From assembly GCA_052386995.1 (NCBI GenBank), contig JBQTJP010000259.1, forward strand, positions 1 through 16,723: 16,723 nt of DNA, given 5' to 3'. Shown here one piece after another: positions 6,919-15,565 of the stretch. The notes beneath the pieces are model-generated. The model was not told the origin of the DNA, did not search any database, and saw only the letters and a list, made by a program, of their open reading frames with translations. Positions within the stretch are counted from its first letter, which is position 1, and each line of letters starts with the position of its first letter. This DNA comes from Armatimonadota bacterium (GTDB lineage: Bacteria; Sysuimicrobiota; Sysuimicrobiia; Sysuimicrobiales; Humicultoraceae). A program made the translations under genes and the position numbers.

Positions 6919-7944
6919 CTACTGGTATCTTCCGAGTTTCTCCACGGCGTGAAGCACGAAGCGATCGTCGACCACCAGACTGAGGTTCACTTTCTGCTGG
7001 ACGAAGCCTTGCTGCGCATACCAATCCTGGTCGAAGCGCAGACTCACGCGGTTGACCGCGCCGTTGGGATCGAGATAGGGCATGACCATCTTCTCGTACA
7101 GGGATGGGTCTTTCACGGGCGTGTGTTTGGCGAAGGCGGCAATGACGTCCCGCTTCTTCTGCGCCTGCTTCTTGCCGAAGGCGTCGTTGTAGTCCCGGAC
7201 CGCCTTGAGATACGCCATCATGAACTTGCGCCCGAGGTCGACCTTCTCCCGCCGCATCGCCGGTGAATACAGCACGACCGCGACCTGGTGATCGGGATAG
7301 ACCTTGTCGGCCGTGTCGACCAGCACACCAATCTTCTCTTCGACGGCCAGCGTCTTGAAGGGTTCGATGAGAATGGCCCCATCGATGGCCCGGTTGCCCA
7401 TGGCCACCGGCATGTCGGCGAACGGCATGATAACGAGCTGGATGTCCTCCATGTTGAGATTGCCCTGGCGGGCGAACAGCGCCAGGGTGACCTGCGGGGA
7501 GATTCCGCGGCCCGGCAGCGCGATGCGCAGCCCGCGGAGATCCGCGGGGCCCCGGTACCGGCCGCCGTCCACCAGGTCCTTGCGGATCACCAGCCCTTCG
7601 TAGCTCTGGCCCGTGCGGATCGAGCCTTTGTCCGCGACGATCCGGAGGTCGATGCCGCGCGCGAGGGCATTGAACAATCCCGCGCTCACCGCTCCTCCCC
7701 CCGCGTCGAGTTGTCCTACGCCGAGCGGGGCGACCATCAGCGCCGCCGTCTGAAACGGCACGAACTCGACCGACAGCCCCTCCTCGGTAAAGTAGCGCTT
7801 CTCCTGGGCCACGAAGAAGCCGGCGTCGCTGACCGACGCCACGACTCCGAGCCGCAGCACGGCCTGCCCGCTGGCCGGTGTCACGGATACGAGCAAGAGC
7901 AGCGCGAGAGCCCCAACCACAGCGCTATGTCTTGGAGACATCAT
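6919..7944 (-). CDS. NitT/TauT (SsuA/NMT1-like) ABC transporter substrate-binding protein (~341 aa)
   Basis: Start reassigned to ATG at 7944 (GAGG upstream). Signal peptide-like N-terminus (...LALLLLVSVTPASG|QAV). Motifs FFVAQEKRYFTEEGLSVEF, ADLRGLRIA and IDGAILIEP are typical of SsuA/NMT1-type binding proteins. Confidence 0.9.
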   Translation of the reverse strand: MMSPRHSAVVGALALLLLVSVTPASGQAVLRLGVVASVSDAGFFVAQEKRYFTEEGLSVEFVPFQTAALMVAPLGVGQLDAGGGAVSAGLFNALARGIDLRIVADKGSIRTGQSYEGLVIRKDLVDGGRYRGPADLRGLRIALPGRGISPQVTLALFARQGNLNMEDIQLVIMPFADMPVAMGNRAIDGAILIEPFKTLAVEEKIGVLVDTADKVYPDHQVAVVLYSPAMRREKVDLGRKFMMAYLKAVRDYNDAFGKKQAQKKRDVIAAFAKHTPVKDPSLYEKMVMPYLDPNGAVNRVSLRFDQDWYAQQGFVQQKVNLSLVVDDRFVLHAVEKLGRYQ

Positions 7945-7954
7945 GACGGTCACC

Positions 7955-8998
7955 TCACTCTGGTTTTCTTGAGGCAACTCGGTCCGGACCGAGTTCAAGC
8001 CGGAGTAGCCGGATCGCGTTCTCGCGAAGGATTCGCCGCTTGTCCATCGGCGACGCGGTGACGCCATCGATCGTCCGGAGTGTCTCACGAATGTACCGCG
8101 CTCCGCCCTCCGCATCGAACGGCATGTCGCTGCCGAACAACACGTGCTCCGCACCGAAAAATGCCAGCCCGCACTCCACCGCGGGCACCGAGCCATAGAG
8201 GGCCGTGTCGGCATAGAACATCCTGTAGTACTCATGCGGGTGCTTCTTCATCCTCCGGAGCAGGGCGCCATAGTCCTCGTCGGCGGTTCGGGCGCCGAAC
8301 TGGTCATAGGCGCCCTTGATCCGAGACTCGAGGAAGGGCACCGTGCCGCCGAGGTGATGCGTGATGACCTTGAGGGTCGGGAAGCGGTCGAACAGGCTAC
8401 CAAAGATCATGTGGGTCATCGCCATGGTTGTCTCGAAGGGCCATCCGAACACATGCCAGATCTCATAGAGAGACTTCGTCGCTGTCGGATAGTCGGGCGT
8501 GGCCGGTCCCCGCGAGGGGTGAAGCCAGATCGGCACGTCGAGCGCCGCAATCGCCTCGAACACCGGTAGCAGGTCAGGGTGGTCGAGGGGTTTGCCATTG
8601 ACGTGCGTGTAGATCTGAACGCCGCGGAGTCCCAGGCCGCGTACGGCGCGGTCGAGCTCGCGAATCGTCGCGTCGATGTCATTGAGCGGCAGCCCGGCCA
8701 CGGCGGCGGGAAATCGATCCGGATACTTCGCCACGAGCGCCGCCAGCTCGTCGTTCGCCACGCGGGCAAGCTCAGCGCTCTTGCCCGGCGGGGCCGCGTC
8801 CTCGATGGCCGGGAGCGCCAGACTCAGCACCTGAGTATAGCCCGGAAAGCCATCCATGATGCGGAAGCGGACGTCTGTGTCCACCAGGGTGGGAATCCCC
8901 GACACCCGCTTCTTGATGTAGAAGCCCTGCCCCGTGCCGAGCAGCAAATCGAAGTAGCGCTTGGGGAGGATGTGCGCCGAGATGTCGATCTGTTCCAT
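7955..8998 (-). CDS. Amidohydrolase_2 family protein (ACMSD/LigW-like decarboxylase or hydrolase; 347 aa)
   Basis: Motifs IDISAH, ARVANDELA, GLRGVQI, IWLHP, FGWPFETT, ITHHLGG, FYADTA and VLFGSDMP fit the amidohydrolase_2 TIM barrel. Confidence 0.9.
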   Translation of the reverse strand: MEQIDISAHILPKRYFDLLLGTGQGFYIKKRVSGIPTLVDTDVRFRIMDGFPGYTQVLSLALPAIEDAAPPGKSAELARVANDELAALVAKYPDRFPAAVAGLPLNDIDATIRELDRAVRGLGLRGVQIYTHVNGKPLDHPDLLPVFEAIAALDVPIWLHPSRGPATPDYPTATKSLYEIWHVFGWPFETTMAMTHMIFGSLFDRFPTLKVITHHLGGTVPFLESRIKGAYDQFGARTADEDYGALLRRMKKHPHEYYRMFYADTALYGSVPAVECGLAFFGAEHVLFGSDMPFDAEGGARYIRETLRTIDGVTASPMDKRRILRENAIRLLRLELGPDRVASRKPE

Positions 8999-9022
8999 GC
9001 GGCTCCTATCCCCGGGGGGCTC

Positions 9023-9838
9023 CTACCCCCGGGGCTTCCACGGGACGAGCAGCCGCTCGACGCCGTCGAGAATCAATGAAGTCAGCCAGCCCAGGATGGC
9101 GATCACCACGAGGCCAACGTACATCCGCTCGACGGCGAAGATCTGCCAGGCCTGCCAGATCATGTACCCAATGCCGCTCCGGGCGCCGACCATCTCGGCG
9201 ATCACGATCAGGATGAGTCCGATCCCCATGCCCAGGCGCAGCCCGGTGAAGATGAACGGGAGGGCGCCGGGCAGCGCCACGGTGCGGAAGAGTCCGAGGC
9301 GATCCGCTCCGAAATTGCGCGCCGCCTCCAGGTAGATGCGCTGGATGTTCATCACGCCCGCCATCGTATTGATGAGGACGAGGTAAAAGACTCCGATCGC
9401 GACGAGCGCGACCTTGGAAGCCTCGCCGAGGCCAAAGATGAGCATCACGAGCGGCACAATCGCGCTCTTGGGAATTGGATAGGTGGCCGCGATCATGGGG
9501 TTCAGGGCCGCCCGGACCCAGCGGGAGAGCCCCATGGCCAGGCCGAGACCGAGCCCGGGAACCGCCCCGACAACGAATCCCAGCAGCACCCGCTTCAAGC
9601 TCGCCGTCACGTGCAGCAACAGTTCGCCGGAAGACACCAGCCCGGCAAAGGTCCCCAGGATAGAGGAGGGTGCAGGGAAGAACCGCCAGTCCAGCACTTG
9701 GATCTTCACGAGGATTTCCCAGGTGAGAATGAGCAGGAGCGGGGAGAGGATCGAGAGGAGCTGCTCACCCACGGCGATGAGCGAACTCGTGGGCACCAAC
9801 GGCGCGGGCGTCATCACCCGCTCCCGAATCTCAGACAT
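9023..9838 (-). CDS. NitT/TauT family ABC transporter permease (SsuC/TauC-like; 271 aa)
   Basis: Motifs FFPAPS, SLKRVLLGF, YPIPKSA, the EAA loop (LEAARNFGA), LPGALPFIFTGLRLG and AEMVGARSGIGY. Confidence 0.93.
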   Translation of the reverse strand: MSEIRERVMTPAPLVPTSSLIAVGEQLLSILSPLLLILTWEILVKIQVLDWRFFPAPSSILGTFAGLVSSGELLLHVTASLKRVLLGFVVGAVPGLGLGLAMGLSRWVRAALNPMIAATYPIPKSAIVPLVMLIFGLGEASKVALVAIGVFYLVLINTMAGVMNIQRIYLEAARNFGADRLGLFRTVALPGALPFIFTGLRLGMGIGLILIVIAEMVGARSGIGYMIWQAWQIFAVERMYVGLVVIAILGWLTSLILDGVERLLVPWKPRG

Positions 9839-9841
9839 TGT

Positions 9842-10624
9842 TCATCGCACCTCCTCTGCCTTCGCCTTGGAGACCTCTTCCCGCAGGAGCTCCCAGAGGT
9901 GCTGGGTCAGCGGGCCATACCTCGGATCGGCCCGTGTCTCATAGAGCTGGCGCGGCCGCGCAAACGGCACCTCGACGATCGCTTTGACCTGCCCGGGAGC
10001 GCTGGTCATCAGGAGGATGCGATCCGCCAGTACGACGGCTTCATCGATGCTGTGGGTGATGAACACCACCGTCTTCCGGTTCTCCTCCCAGATCTTGATG
10101 AGCTCGCCCTGCAGCAGCAGTCGCGTCTGTTCGTCGAGCTGACCAAACGGCTCGTCCATCAAGAGGACCTCGGGGTCAGCCGCGAAAGCCCTCGCGACGC
10201 TCACGCGCTGCTTCATGCCGCCGGAGAGCTGAAACGGATAGGCTTCCGCGAATCTGACGAGCCCGACTTTGTCGAGGTACTCCATGACCGTTCGCTCATA
10301 GCGGCGTGGTGAGACCCCCTGCATGCGCAGACCGTAGCCGATGTTCGCCTCCACGGTCATCCACGGGAAGACCGAGTCTTCCTGGAACACCATGGCTGTC
10401 AGCGGCCTCCCGGCATTCGTCCTTGCGATGGCGATCTCTCCGGAGGTGTGGCGTTCCAGCCCGGCGATAATCCGTACGAGGGTCGTCTTGCCACATCCCG
10501 AGGGCCCAAGGAGCACAAAAAACTCACCCTCACGGATGACGAGGTCGAGATTCTGGATGGCGCTGACCGGCCCATAGCGGGTTGCGAAGACCTTGGTCAA
10601 CCCTCGGGTCACAATCTTCTCCAC
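9842..10624 (-). CDS. NitT/TauT family ABC transporter ATP-binding protein (260 aa)
   Basis: Walker A GPSGCGKTT, VFQ..VFPWMTV, YPFQLSGGMKQR, LLMDEPFGQLDEQTR, FITHSIDEAV. GTG start. Confidence 0.95.
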   Translation of the reverse strand: MEKIVTRGLTKVFATRYGPVSAIQNLDLVIREGEFFVLLGPSGCGKTTLVRIIAGLERHTSGEIAIARTNAGRPLTAMVFQEDSVFPWMTVEANIGYGLRMQGVSPRRYERTVMEYLDKVGLVRFAEAYPFQLSGGMKQRVSVARAFAADPEVLLMDEPFGQLDEQTRLLLQGELIKIWEENRKTVVFITHSIDEAVVLADRILLMTSAPGQVKAIVEVPFARPRQLYETRADPRYGPLTQHLWELLREEVSKAKAEEVR

Positions 10625-10645
10625 CCGCAGCCGGCCTCGACGCGG

Positions 10646-11860
10646 CTAACGCTGATCCCACGGCAACGCCGGGTACTGGAACGGCGCCGTAGCGAACCCC
10701 TTGGGCCACACCAGCTCCTGCCGGCCGCGTTGCCACTGCAGGAACACAACTGGGACGATGCCGGTGCCGTCGGCACGGAATCGGATTGGGCCGGCGACGG
10801 TCGTCAGATTCGCAGAGGCAATGGCGGCGCGGATCTTCGCCCGATCAAGGGAGCCCGCCCGGGTGATCGCATCGGCGAGGATCTGAACGCTCGCGTAGGC
10901 GGGCCCGGTGATGACGTCGGCGGGGCGGCCGAACGCCCGCTGATGCTTCTCGTTGAGCTCTCTCACGCCGGGGTAGCGCATGCTGTTGTGCCAGCCGGGC
11001 GCCAGCATAACGAAGTCGCCGTCCTTGCCCAGATTCTGGGACCAGGTCACGGTGTCGGAGGCGCGGATGAGCAGGTACATCTTGGCGTTGAAGGCCAGCT
11101 GTTTCATCTGGCGGATCATCGTAAAGCCGTCGGGCGGCGTCGGGACTCCGAACACGGCCTCGGCGTTCGCGGCCTTGGCCCGCAGGATGATATCTGAGAG
11201 GTCGCGCGAGCCAACAGCGTACTCCTCCACCGCCGCGGCGGAATAGCCGAATTCCTTCGCTCGCGTGGCCCACAGACCGCCGATCTCGTCGCCCCAGTCG
11301 GTCCGCTCCTTGAAGATGGCGACCCGCTTGGGCCGCTGGGCATCCGGCAGCGAGGCGTTCAAGAAGAGATAAGTCTCCTTGCTGATGTCCGGTGACTTCT
11401 CAAAGGGACTGAAGAGATATTTGAAGCGCTGCTGGTGGATCTTGTGCAGGGCGAACGCGACGCCCAGGTACGGCACCTGATTCTTCTCGGCAATGGACGC
11501 CGCCGCCGCGTGCAGGTCGCTGCCAAACCCACCCAGATAGGCGATGACCTGATGGGCGGACAGGAGCGTCTCCAGCCGGGCGACGGTCTTCACGGCATCC
11601 GATTCATCATCGAGCAACACGAGCTCGAACGGGATCTTCTTGCCAAACTCCTTGACCAACACTCCGCCCGCCCGGTTGATGTCCTCCACCGCGAACTCGT
11701 ACCCGGCTTTCACCTGCGCGCCGCCAGAGCCGAACCGTCCGGTCAACGGAACGACGGCCCCGATCTTGATGGTCGAGGGAGCCTGCGCCTCACTGGACCC
11801 TGTCGCCACCACCAGCCAGGCCAGCACGCCTGCGATGCTCAACGCGAGCCATTTCTTCAT
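10646..11860 (-). CDS. HAAT (LivJ/K-type, PBP type 1) ABC transporter substrate-binding protein (404 aa)
   Basis: Signal peptide MKKWLALSIAGVLAWLVVATGSSEA|Q, motifs IKIGAVVPLTG, DINRAGG, LLDDESD, AYASVQILADAI and GPIRF. SD-like GGAGGG upstream. Confidence 0.93.
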   Translation of the reverse strand: MKKWLALSIAGVLAWLVVATGSSEAQAPSTIKIGAVVPLTGRFGSGGAQVKAGYEFAVEDINRAGGVLVKEFGKKIPFELVLLDDESDAVKTVARLETLLSAHQVIAYLGGFGSDLHAAAASIAEKNQVPYLGVAFALHKIHQQRFKYLFSPFEKSPDISKETYLFLNASLPDAQRPKRVAIFKERTDWGDEIGGLWATRAKEFGYSAAAVEEYAVGSRDLSDIILRAKAANAEAVFGVPTPPDGFTMIRQMKQLAFNAKMYLLIRASDTVTWSQNLGKDGDFVMLAPGWHNSMRYPGVRELNEKHQRAFGRPADVITGPAYASVQILADAITRAGSLDRAKIRAAIASANLTTVAGPIRFRADGTGIVPVVFLQWQRGRQELVWPKGFATAPFQYPALPWDQR

Positions 11861-11945
11861 CGCTCATCCCTCCGCCGAACCATGTGTCGAGCCACCGATT
11901 GCTGCATCCATCGCTGTATGCCATCGGCCCTTTTCGCCGTTCCGA

Positions 11946-12707
11946 TCAGTCAACCCTCGACTCGTCCCGATACATGACCCTGGCACGCTCGTTCTTCACC
12001 CACTCGTCGACTTGTTCGTTCGTCATGAAGTTCGCGGCATTGAAATTGCCCCAGTTCATGATCTGGTCGAGCCGCTTCTTCCACCGCTTATACGGCGGCT
12101 GGGCCGGCGGACCGAAACACATGATATCGATCAGCGACAGCTCGTCGGGAACGCCGAGGAGCGGCTTGAGCTCCTTCTGAATCTCCTCCTGGCCGATGGC
12201 CGTCACCCACCAGACGCCATAACCGAGTGCCGCCGCCGCCAGGTGCGCCAGCATGGTCGCGGCCGCCACGCTCTGCAGGAGAATGCGCTCGGCGTTCTGC
12301 TGGTAGAGCCGGTCGAGGGCAGACCCATCACTGAGAATGGGAAAAGCGCGCACGAAGCGGAAATCGGCCGCCACGACGATCAGCCCCGGCGCGGTTCTCA
12401 TTCCTTTATAGTTGGGCGTCGGGAACTTCATTCCCAGCCGCGCGCGACGGAGCTGCTCCTGCACGAACCGGTCGCCGAGCTGCTCTTTGATCTTGGGATC
12501 CGTGATGACGATAAAGTGCCACGGCTGAGAGTTCGCGCCGGACGGTGCATGACGGGCGGCTTCCAGAATGAGGTCGCAGTGCTCACGGGGGACAACGTAG
12601 GAAGCGAACGCCCGGCAGGTGTAGCGGCCGTGGACGATCTCCATCAGCGCTCGATACCGCTCGTTCTCGCCGATCTGGCTCCCCGCGGGTATTGCTGGCA
12701 GCGTCAC
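11946..12707 (-). CDS. Nitroreductase-family FMN oxidoreductase (253 aa)
   Basis: GTG start with AGGAGG SD. Motifs RYTCRAF (R-x-x-x-R-x-F), ARHAPSGANSQPWHFIVI and LAAAALGYGVWW. Confidence 0.9.
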   Translation of the reverse strand: MTLPAIPAGSQIGENERYRALMEIVHGRYTCRAFASYVVPREHCDLILEAARHAPSGANSQPWHFIVITDPKIKEQLGDRFVQEQLRRARLGMKFPTPNYKGMRTAPGLIVVAADFRFVRAFPILSDGSALDRLYQQNAERILLQSVAAATMLAHLAAAALGYGVWWVTAIGQEEIQKELKPLLGVPDELSLIDIMCFGPPAQPPYKRWKKRLDQIMNWGNFNAANFMTNEQVDEWVKNERARVMYRDESRVD

Positions 12708-12740
12708 GACCGCTCCTCCTCATGCCGATCGGCATGCCGG

Positions 12741-13724
12741 CTAGGCACGCATCCGCCCGGCCGCCTGACGCGACGGCGTGCCGTATGTGTAGAACGTCTC
12801 CGGCAGCTTGCTCCCAAACCAGATGCTGCTCTTCTCCAGATCCGACTCGTTCGCCACGTCCCACACGATCGTCTTCCACGCGGGATCGAAGATCAGGTAG
12901 CCGGTGTCGCCGAACAGCTCAACGCGCGTTCCGCCGGGCTCGAACACATACAGAAACATCGCCTGCGTCGTCCCGTGCTTGCCCGGGCCCGCCTCGATCG
13001 GGATCCCGTAGTCCGCGCAGATATCGGCCGCGTCGATGAGATGCTGCGGGGAGCCGTACCAGTAGGCGAGGTGATGAAACCGTCCCGACGCGCCCGTGGC
13101 GTCGCGCATCACGGCGATCTCGTGCACCAGCGGGCTGACGCTCAGCCACGCGCCCACTTCGGCGCCACCCTCGCCGACCTTCTGCTCGCGCAGGCGGAAC
13201 CCGAGGAACTCTTGAAGAAATTCCCGCGTCGCGGCGACGTTCCGCGCCATCAGATTGACGTGATCCAGCCGGCGCACCGGGATGCCGCGCAGCGGACGCT
13301 TCTGTGGTCGATTGCGCAGCAGGCTTCGCTTCTCCGGAGGCGCCTGATAATAGTCGATCTCCCACAGCACTTCCATCGGGTGGCCTTCGGGCGTCTCAAA
13401 TTGATATGCCGCCCCGTGCCCGAGATCCCCGGCACTCCAGCCCCTGCCGAGCCCCGCGGCTTCCAGCCGGCCTGCCAGCACCCGCAGCGCCGCTTCCGAT
13501 CCCGCGCGCCAAGCCACATGCCCCAGTCCAGGTCCGGCCGCCTCCGTGAGCCGAAGGGTGTGGTGGTAGAAATCCTCGTACGCGCGCAGGTAGACCGATC
13601 TCCCATCGCGCGCGCTTTCCTCGAGCCCCAGCACATCCCGAAAGAACCACAGCGATTCTTCGACGCGCGGGGTCAGGATTTCGACGTGGGCGAGCTGCGC
13701 GACCGGCGGTTCAGTCGTGGTCAT
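12741..13724 (-). CDS. Type I extradiol dioxygenase (catechol 2,3-dioxygenase family, VOC fold; 327 aa)
   Basis: Two VOC domains: LAHVEI...[16 protein letters not shown] (Fe His), FHHLAYW (Fe His), GPGKHG...[15 protein letters not shown] (Tyr and Fe Glu). Start ATG at 13724 overlaps the upstream gene end. Confidence 0.93.
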   Translation of the reverse strand: MTTTEPPVAQLAHVEILTPRVEESLWFFRDVLGLEESARDGRSVYLRAYEDFYHHTLRLTEAAGPGLGHVAWRAGSEAALRVLAGRLEAAGLGRGWSAGDLGHGAAYQFETPEGHPMEVLWEIDYYQAPPEKRSLLRNRPQKRPLRGIPVRRLDHVNLMARNVAATREFLQEFLGFRLREQKVGEGGAEVGAWLSVSPLVHEIAVMRDATGASGRFHHLAYWYGSPQHLIDAADICADYGIPIEAGPGKHGTTQAMFLYVFEPGGTRVELFGDTGYLIFDPAWKTIVWDVANESDLEKSSIWFGSKLPETFYTYGTPSRQAAGRMRA

Positions 13725-14136
13725 CGCCGCCCCCACGGGCCTGTTCTGCCGCGGCGACCTCCTGCAGCATGTGCGCGCCGACGTTGGCCGCCGACAGGCC
13801 GCGGAACAGGAACGCGAGGCCCACGACGCCGCTCAGCTCTTCCCACGAGGCACCCGCGCGGCGGGCCGCCGTGGCGTGCAGCTTGGCCGCATCTTGGAGC
13901 ATCATCAGCAGCATCCCGAACAACATGAGCTGCGCGGTCTTGGTATCGAAGCAGGACGGGAACATGAAGTGCCGGCGCATCTCTTCCTGCAGCCGCAGGC
14001 CCTCCGGATCGAGCCGTGACAGCAGGTCGGTGCGGGCCAGGATGCGCGGCGGGACGAATCCTATCAGGTCGACGTACACCTTGCGCAGGTCCTCGAGCTC
14101 GCGCCGGGAGAGCCTGGGCTGGGGCAGGGCGTCCAT
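13711..14136 (-). CDS. Carboxymuconolactone decarboxylase (CMD)/AhpD-like protein without CxxC (~141 aa)
   Basis: [14 protein letters not shown]...[22 protein letters not shown]...G follows the CMD/AhpD helical pattern. ATG at 14136 has a GAGGTG SD. An alternative start is at 14187. Confidence 0.8.
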   Translation of the reverse strand: MDALPQPRLSRRELEDLRKVYVDLIGFVPPRILARTDLLSRLDPEGLRLQEEMRRHFMFPSCFDTKTAQLMLFGMLLMMLQDAAKLHATAARRAGASWEELSGVVGLAFLFRGLSAANVGAHMLQEVAAAEQARGGGDDHD

Positions 14137-14173
14137 CGCGATCACCTCACCGCGCACGGCGTCGGGTGCATGG

Positions 14174-15520
14174 TCATGTCCGCTCATCGTCGGTGCGCAC
14201 CACTCGTTTGGCCTTCAACTCGAACCGGGGTAATGCGCCGGCCGGCGTCGCTTCAGTCTGGACGCGCAGGCCGATGGCGCGCCTGATGTCGTTCGCCACC
14301 GCCAGCACCGCACGATCGCGGAGGTCCCGGCCGTGGGCGGCCTCATCGATCTCCAGCAGGAGCCTGATTTCGGCCATCTCGTTCCGGCGAAAGACCTCGA
14401 TGCGGAACTCGTCGACCTCGGGGTAACGGCGGACGATGTCCTCCAGGACGCTTGGGAAGACATTGACGCCACGGACCACGAGCATGTCGTCTGCCCGACC
14501 GAGCACACCGCCGTCGAGCCGGGCAAAGGTCCGGCCGCACGTGCACGGCGCCGTGTTCAGCCGCACCAGATCCCCCGTGCGGTACCGGATCACCGGCGAG
14601 CCCCGGCGGCCCAGGTTCGTGATGACGAGCTCCCCTTCGCCGCCCGATGCCGGGCCGCAGGTGATGGGATCGATCACCTCGGCGATGAACTCACTCTCAT
14701 TGACGTGCAGGCTCCCGGCCTCTGCCCCGCACCCGAAGCCAACGGCTCCCACTTCGGTCAGGCCGAAGTGATCGTAACAGCGGGCGCCCCAGAGTTCCTC
14801 GATCCGGCGTTTCGTGCCGGGGATGCTCGCGCCCGGCTCACCGGCGTGAATGGTCACGCGGATCGGCATCGCCGCGGGATCGATGCCGTGGTCCCGGGCG
14901 ACCTGTGCCAGGCGCAAGGCATACGACGGCGTGCACACGAGCACGGTCGCACCGCTTTCGGCAATCGTCTTCAGGCGCAGGAGCGAGTCCTGTCCGCCCC
15001 CCGGCAGGCAGAGCGCACCGAGCCGCGAGGCCGTCTCGAAGCCGGCCCAAAATCCAATGAACGGCCCGAAGGAGAACGCGAAGAAGATGCGGTCGCGAGC
15101 GCCCACGCCTGCTGCGCGGTAGACAAAGGTCCAGCATCGGGCCCACCACTCCCAGGACTCCGGCGTGTCGAGCCACCGCAGCGGATGGCCGGTCGTGCCG
15201 GAGGTCATGTGGAACCGGGTGTAACGCGCGAGCGGATACGTCAGGTTAGTGCCAAAGGGCGGGTGCTTGTCCTGATCAGAGACCAGTTGCTGCTTGGTGG
15301 TGAACGGCAACCGGCGGAAGTCGTCGAGGGAGTGGATAGCCGTTACATCCCCCGCTCCGGCTTCGCTCCACCTGCGCCGGTAGAAGGCGTTACCGGCGGC
15401 GACTTCAGCCAGCAGCGCCCGCAGTTTGTCCATCTGGAGCCAGTGCAAGGCCGCGCGGTCGAGAGTCTCCAGTGCACGCCCGAAGAAGGGGACCTCATCA
15501 GGAGAACCCCACACGCTCAT
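14174..15520 (-). CDS. paaK: Phenylacetate-CoA ligase family (PaaK-like) aryl-CoA ligase (~448 aa)
   Basis: Adenylate-forming motifs LPFTTK, TSGTTG, TPSY, DHFGLTEVG, RYRTGD, GRADDMLVVRGVNVFPS and LPRFELKAKR. Start placed at ATG 15520 (MSVWGSP), because the longer ORF-track N-terminus looks non-coding. Symbol is family-level only. Confidence 0.92.
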   Translation of the reverse strand: MSVWGSPDEVPFFGRALETLDRAALHWLQMDKLRALLAEVAAGNAFYRRRWSEAGAGDVTAIHSLDDFRRLPFTTKQQLVSDQDKHPPFGTNLTYPLARYTRFHMTSGTTGHPLRWLDTPESWEWWARCWTFVYRAAGVGARDRIFFAFSFGPFIGFWAGFETASRLGALCLPGGGQDSLLRLKTIAESGATVLVCTPSYALRLAQVARDHGIDPAAMPIRVTIHAGEPGASIPGTKRRIEELWGARCYDHFGLTEVGAVGFGCGAEAGSLHVNESEFIAEVIDPITCGPASGGEGELVITNLGRRGSPVIRYRTGDLVRLNTAPCTCGRTFARLDGGVLGRADDMLVVRGVNVFPSVLEDIVRRYPEVDEFRIEVFRRNEMAEIRLLLEIDEAAHGRDLRDRAVLAVANDIRRAIGLRVQTEATPAGALPRFELKAKRVVRTDDERT

Positions 15521-15532
15521 AGGAGGATGTCC

Positions 15533-15565
15533 ATCATACCTAAGTTTGAATGATTGGCTCGCCAA
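15533..15565 (-). promoter_or_regulatory. Possible -10 element and palindromic site upstream of the CoA ligase
   Basis: TATGAT (15538-15533) lies 12 nt upstream of the ATG. The inverted repeat TTGGC-TC-GCCAA (15554-15565) covers the -35 position, where there is no consensus -35. Confidence 0.35.

Noticed and set aside
11861..11945. Possible hairpin (CCGAT...ATCGG) between the nitroreductase and the binding-protein gene
   Set aside because: Short imperfect stem with no U-tract or known motif, so it cannot be distinguished from chance.
11640..13928. 762-aa plus-strand ORF
   Set aside because: It is an antisense shadow of the binding protein, nitroreductase, dioxygenase and CMD genes. It has no recognisable motifs, and long shadow ORFs are expected at high GC.
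13711..14136. AhpD peroxidase activity for the CMD-like protein
   Set aside because: It has no CxxC motif and only one Cys.
14333..15553. 406-aa plus-strand ORF, and similar plus-strand ORFs at 552-1388, 2634-3596, 6167-6952 and 7288-8061
   Set aside because: All lie opposite well-supported minus-strand genes and have no family motifs.
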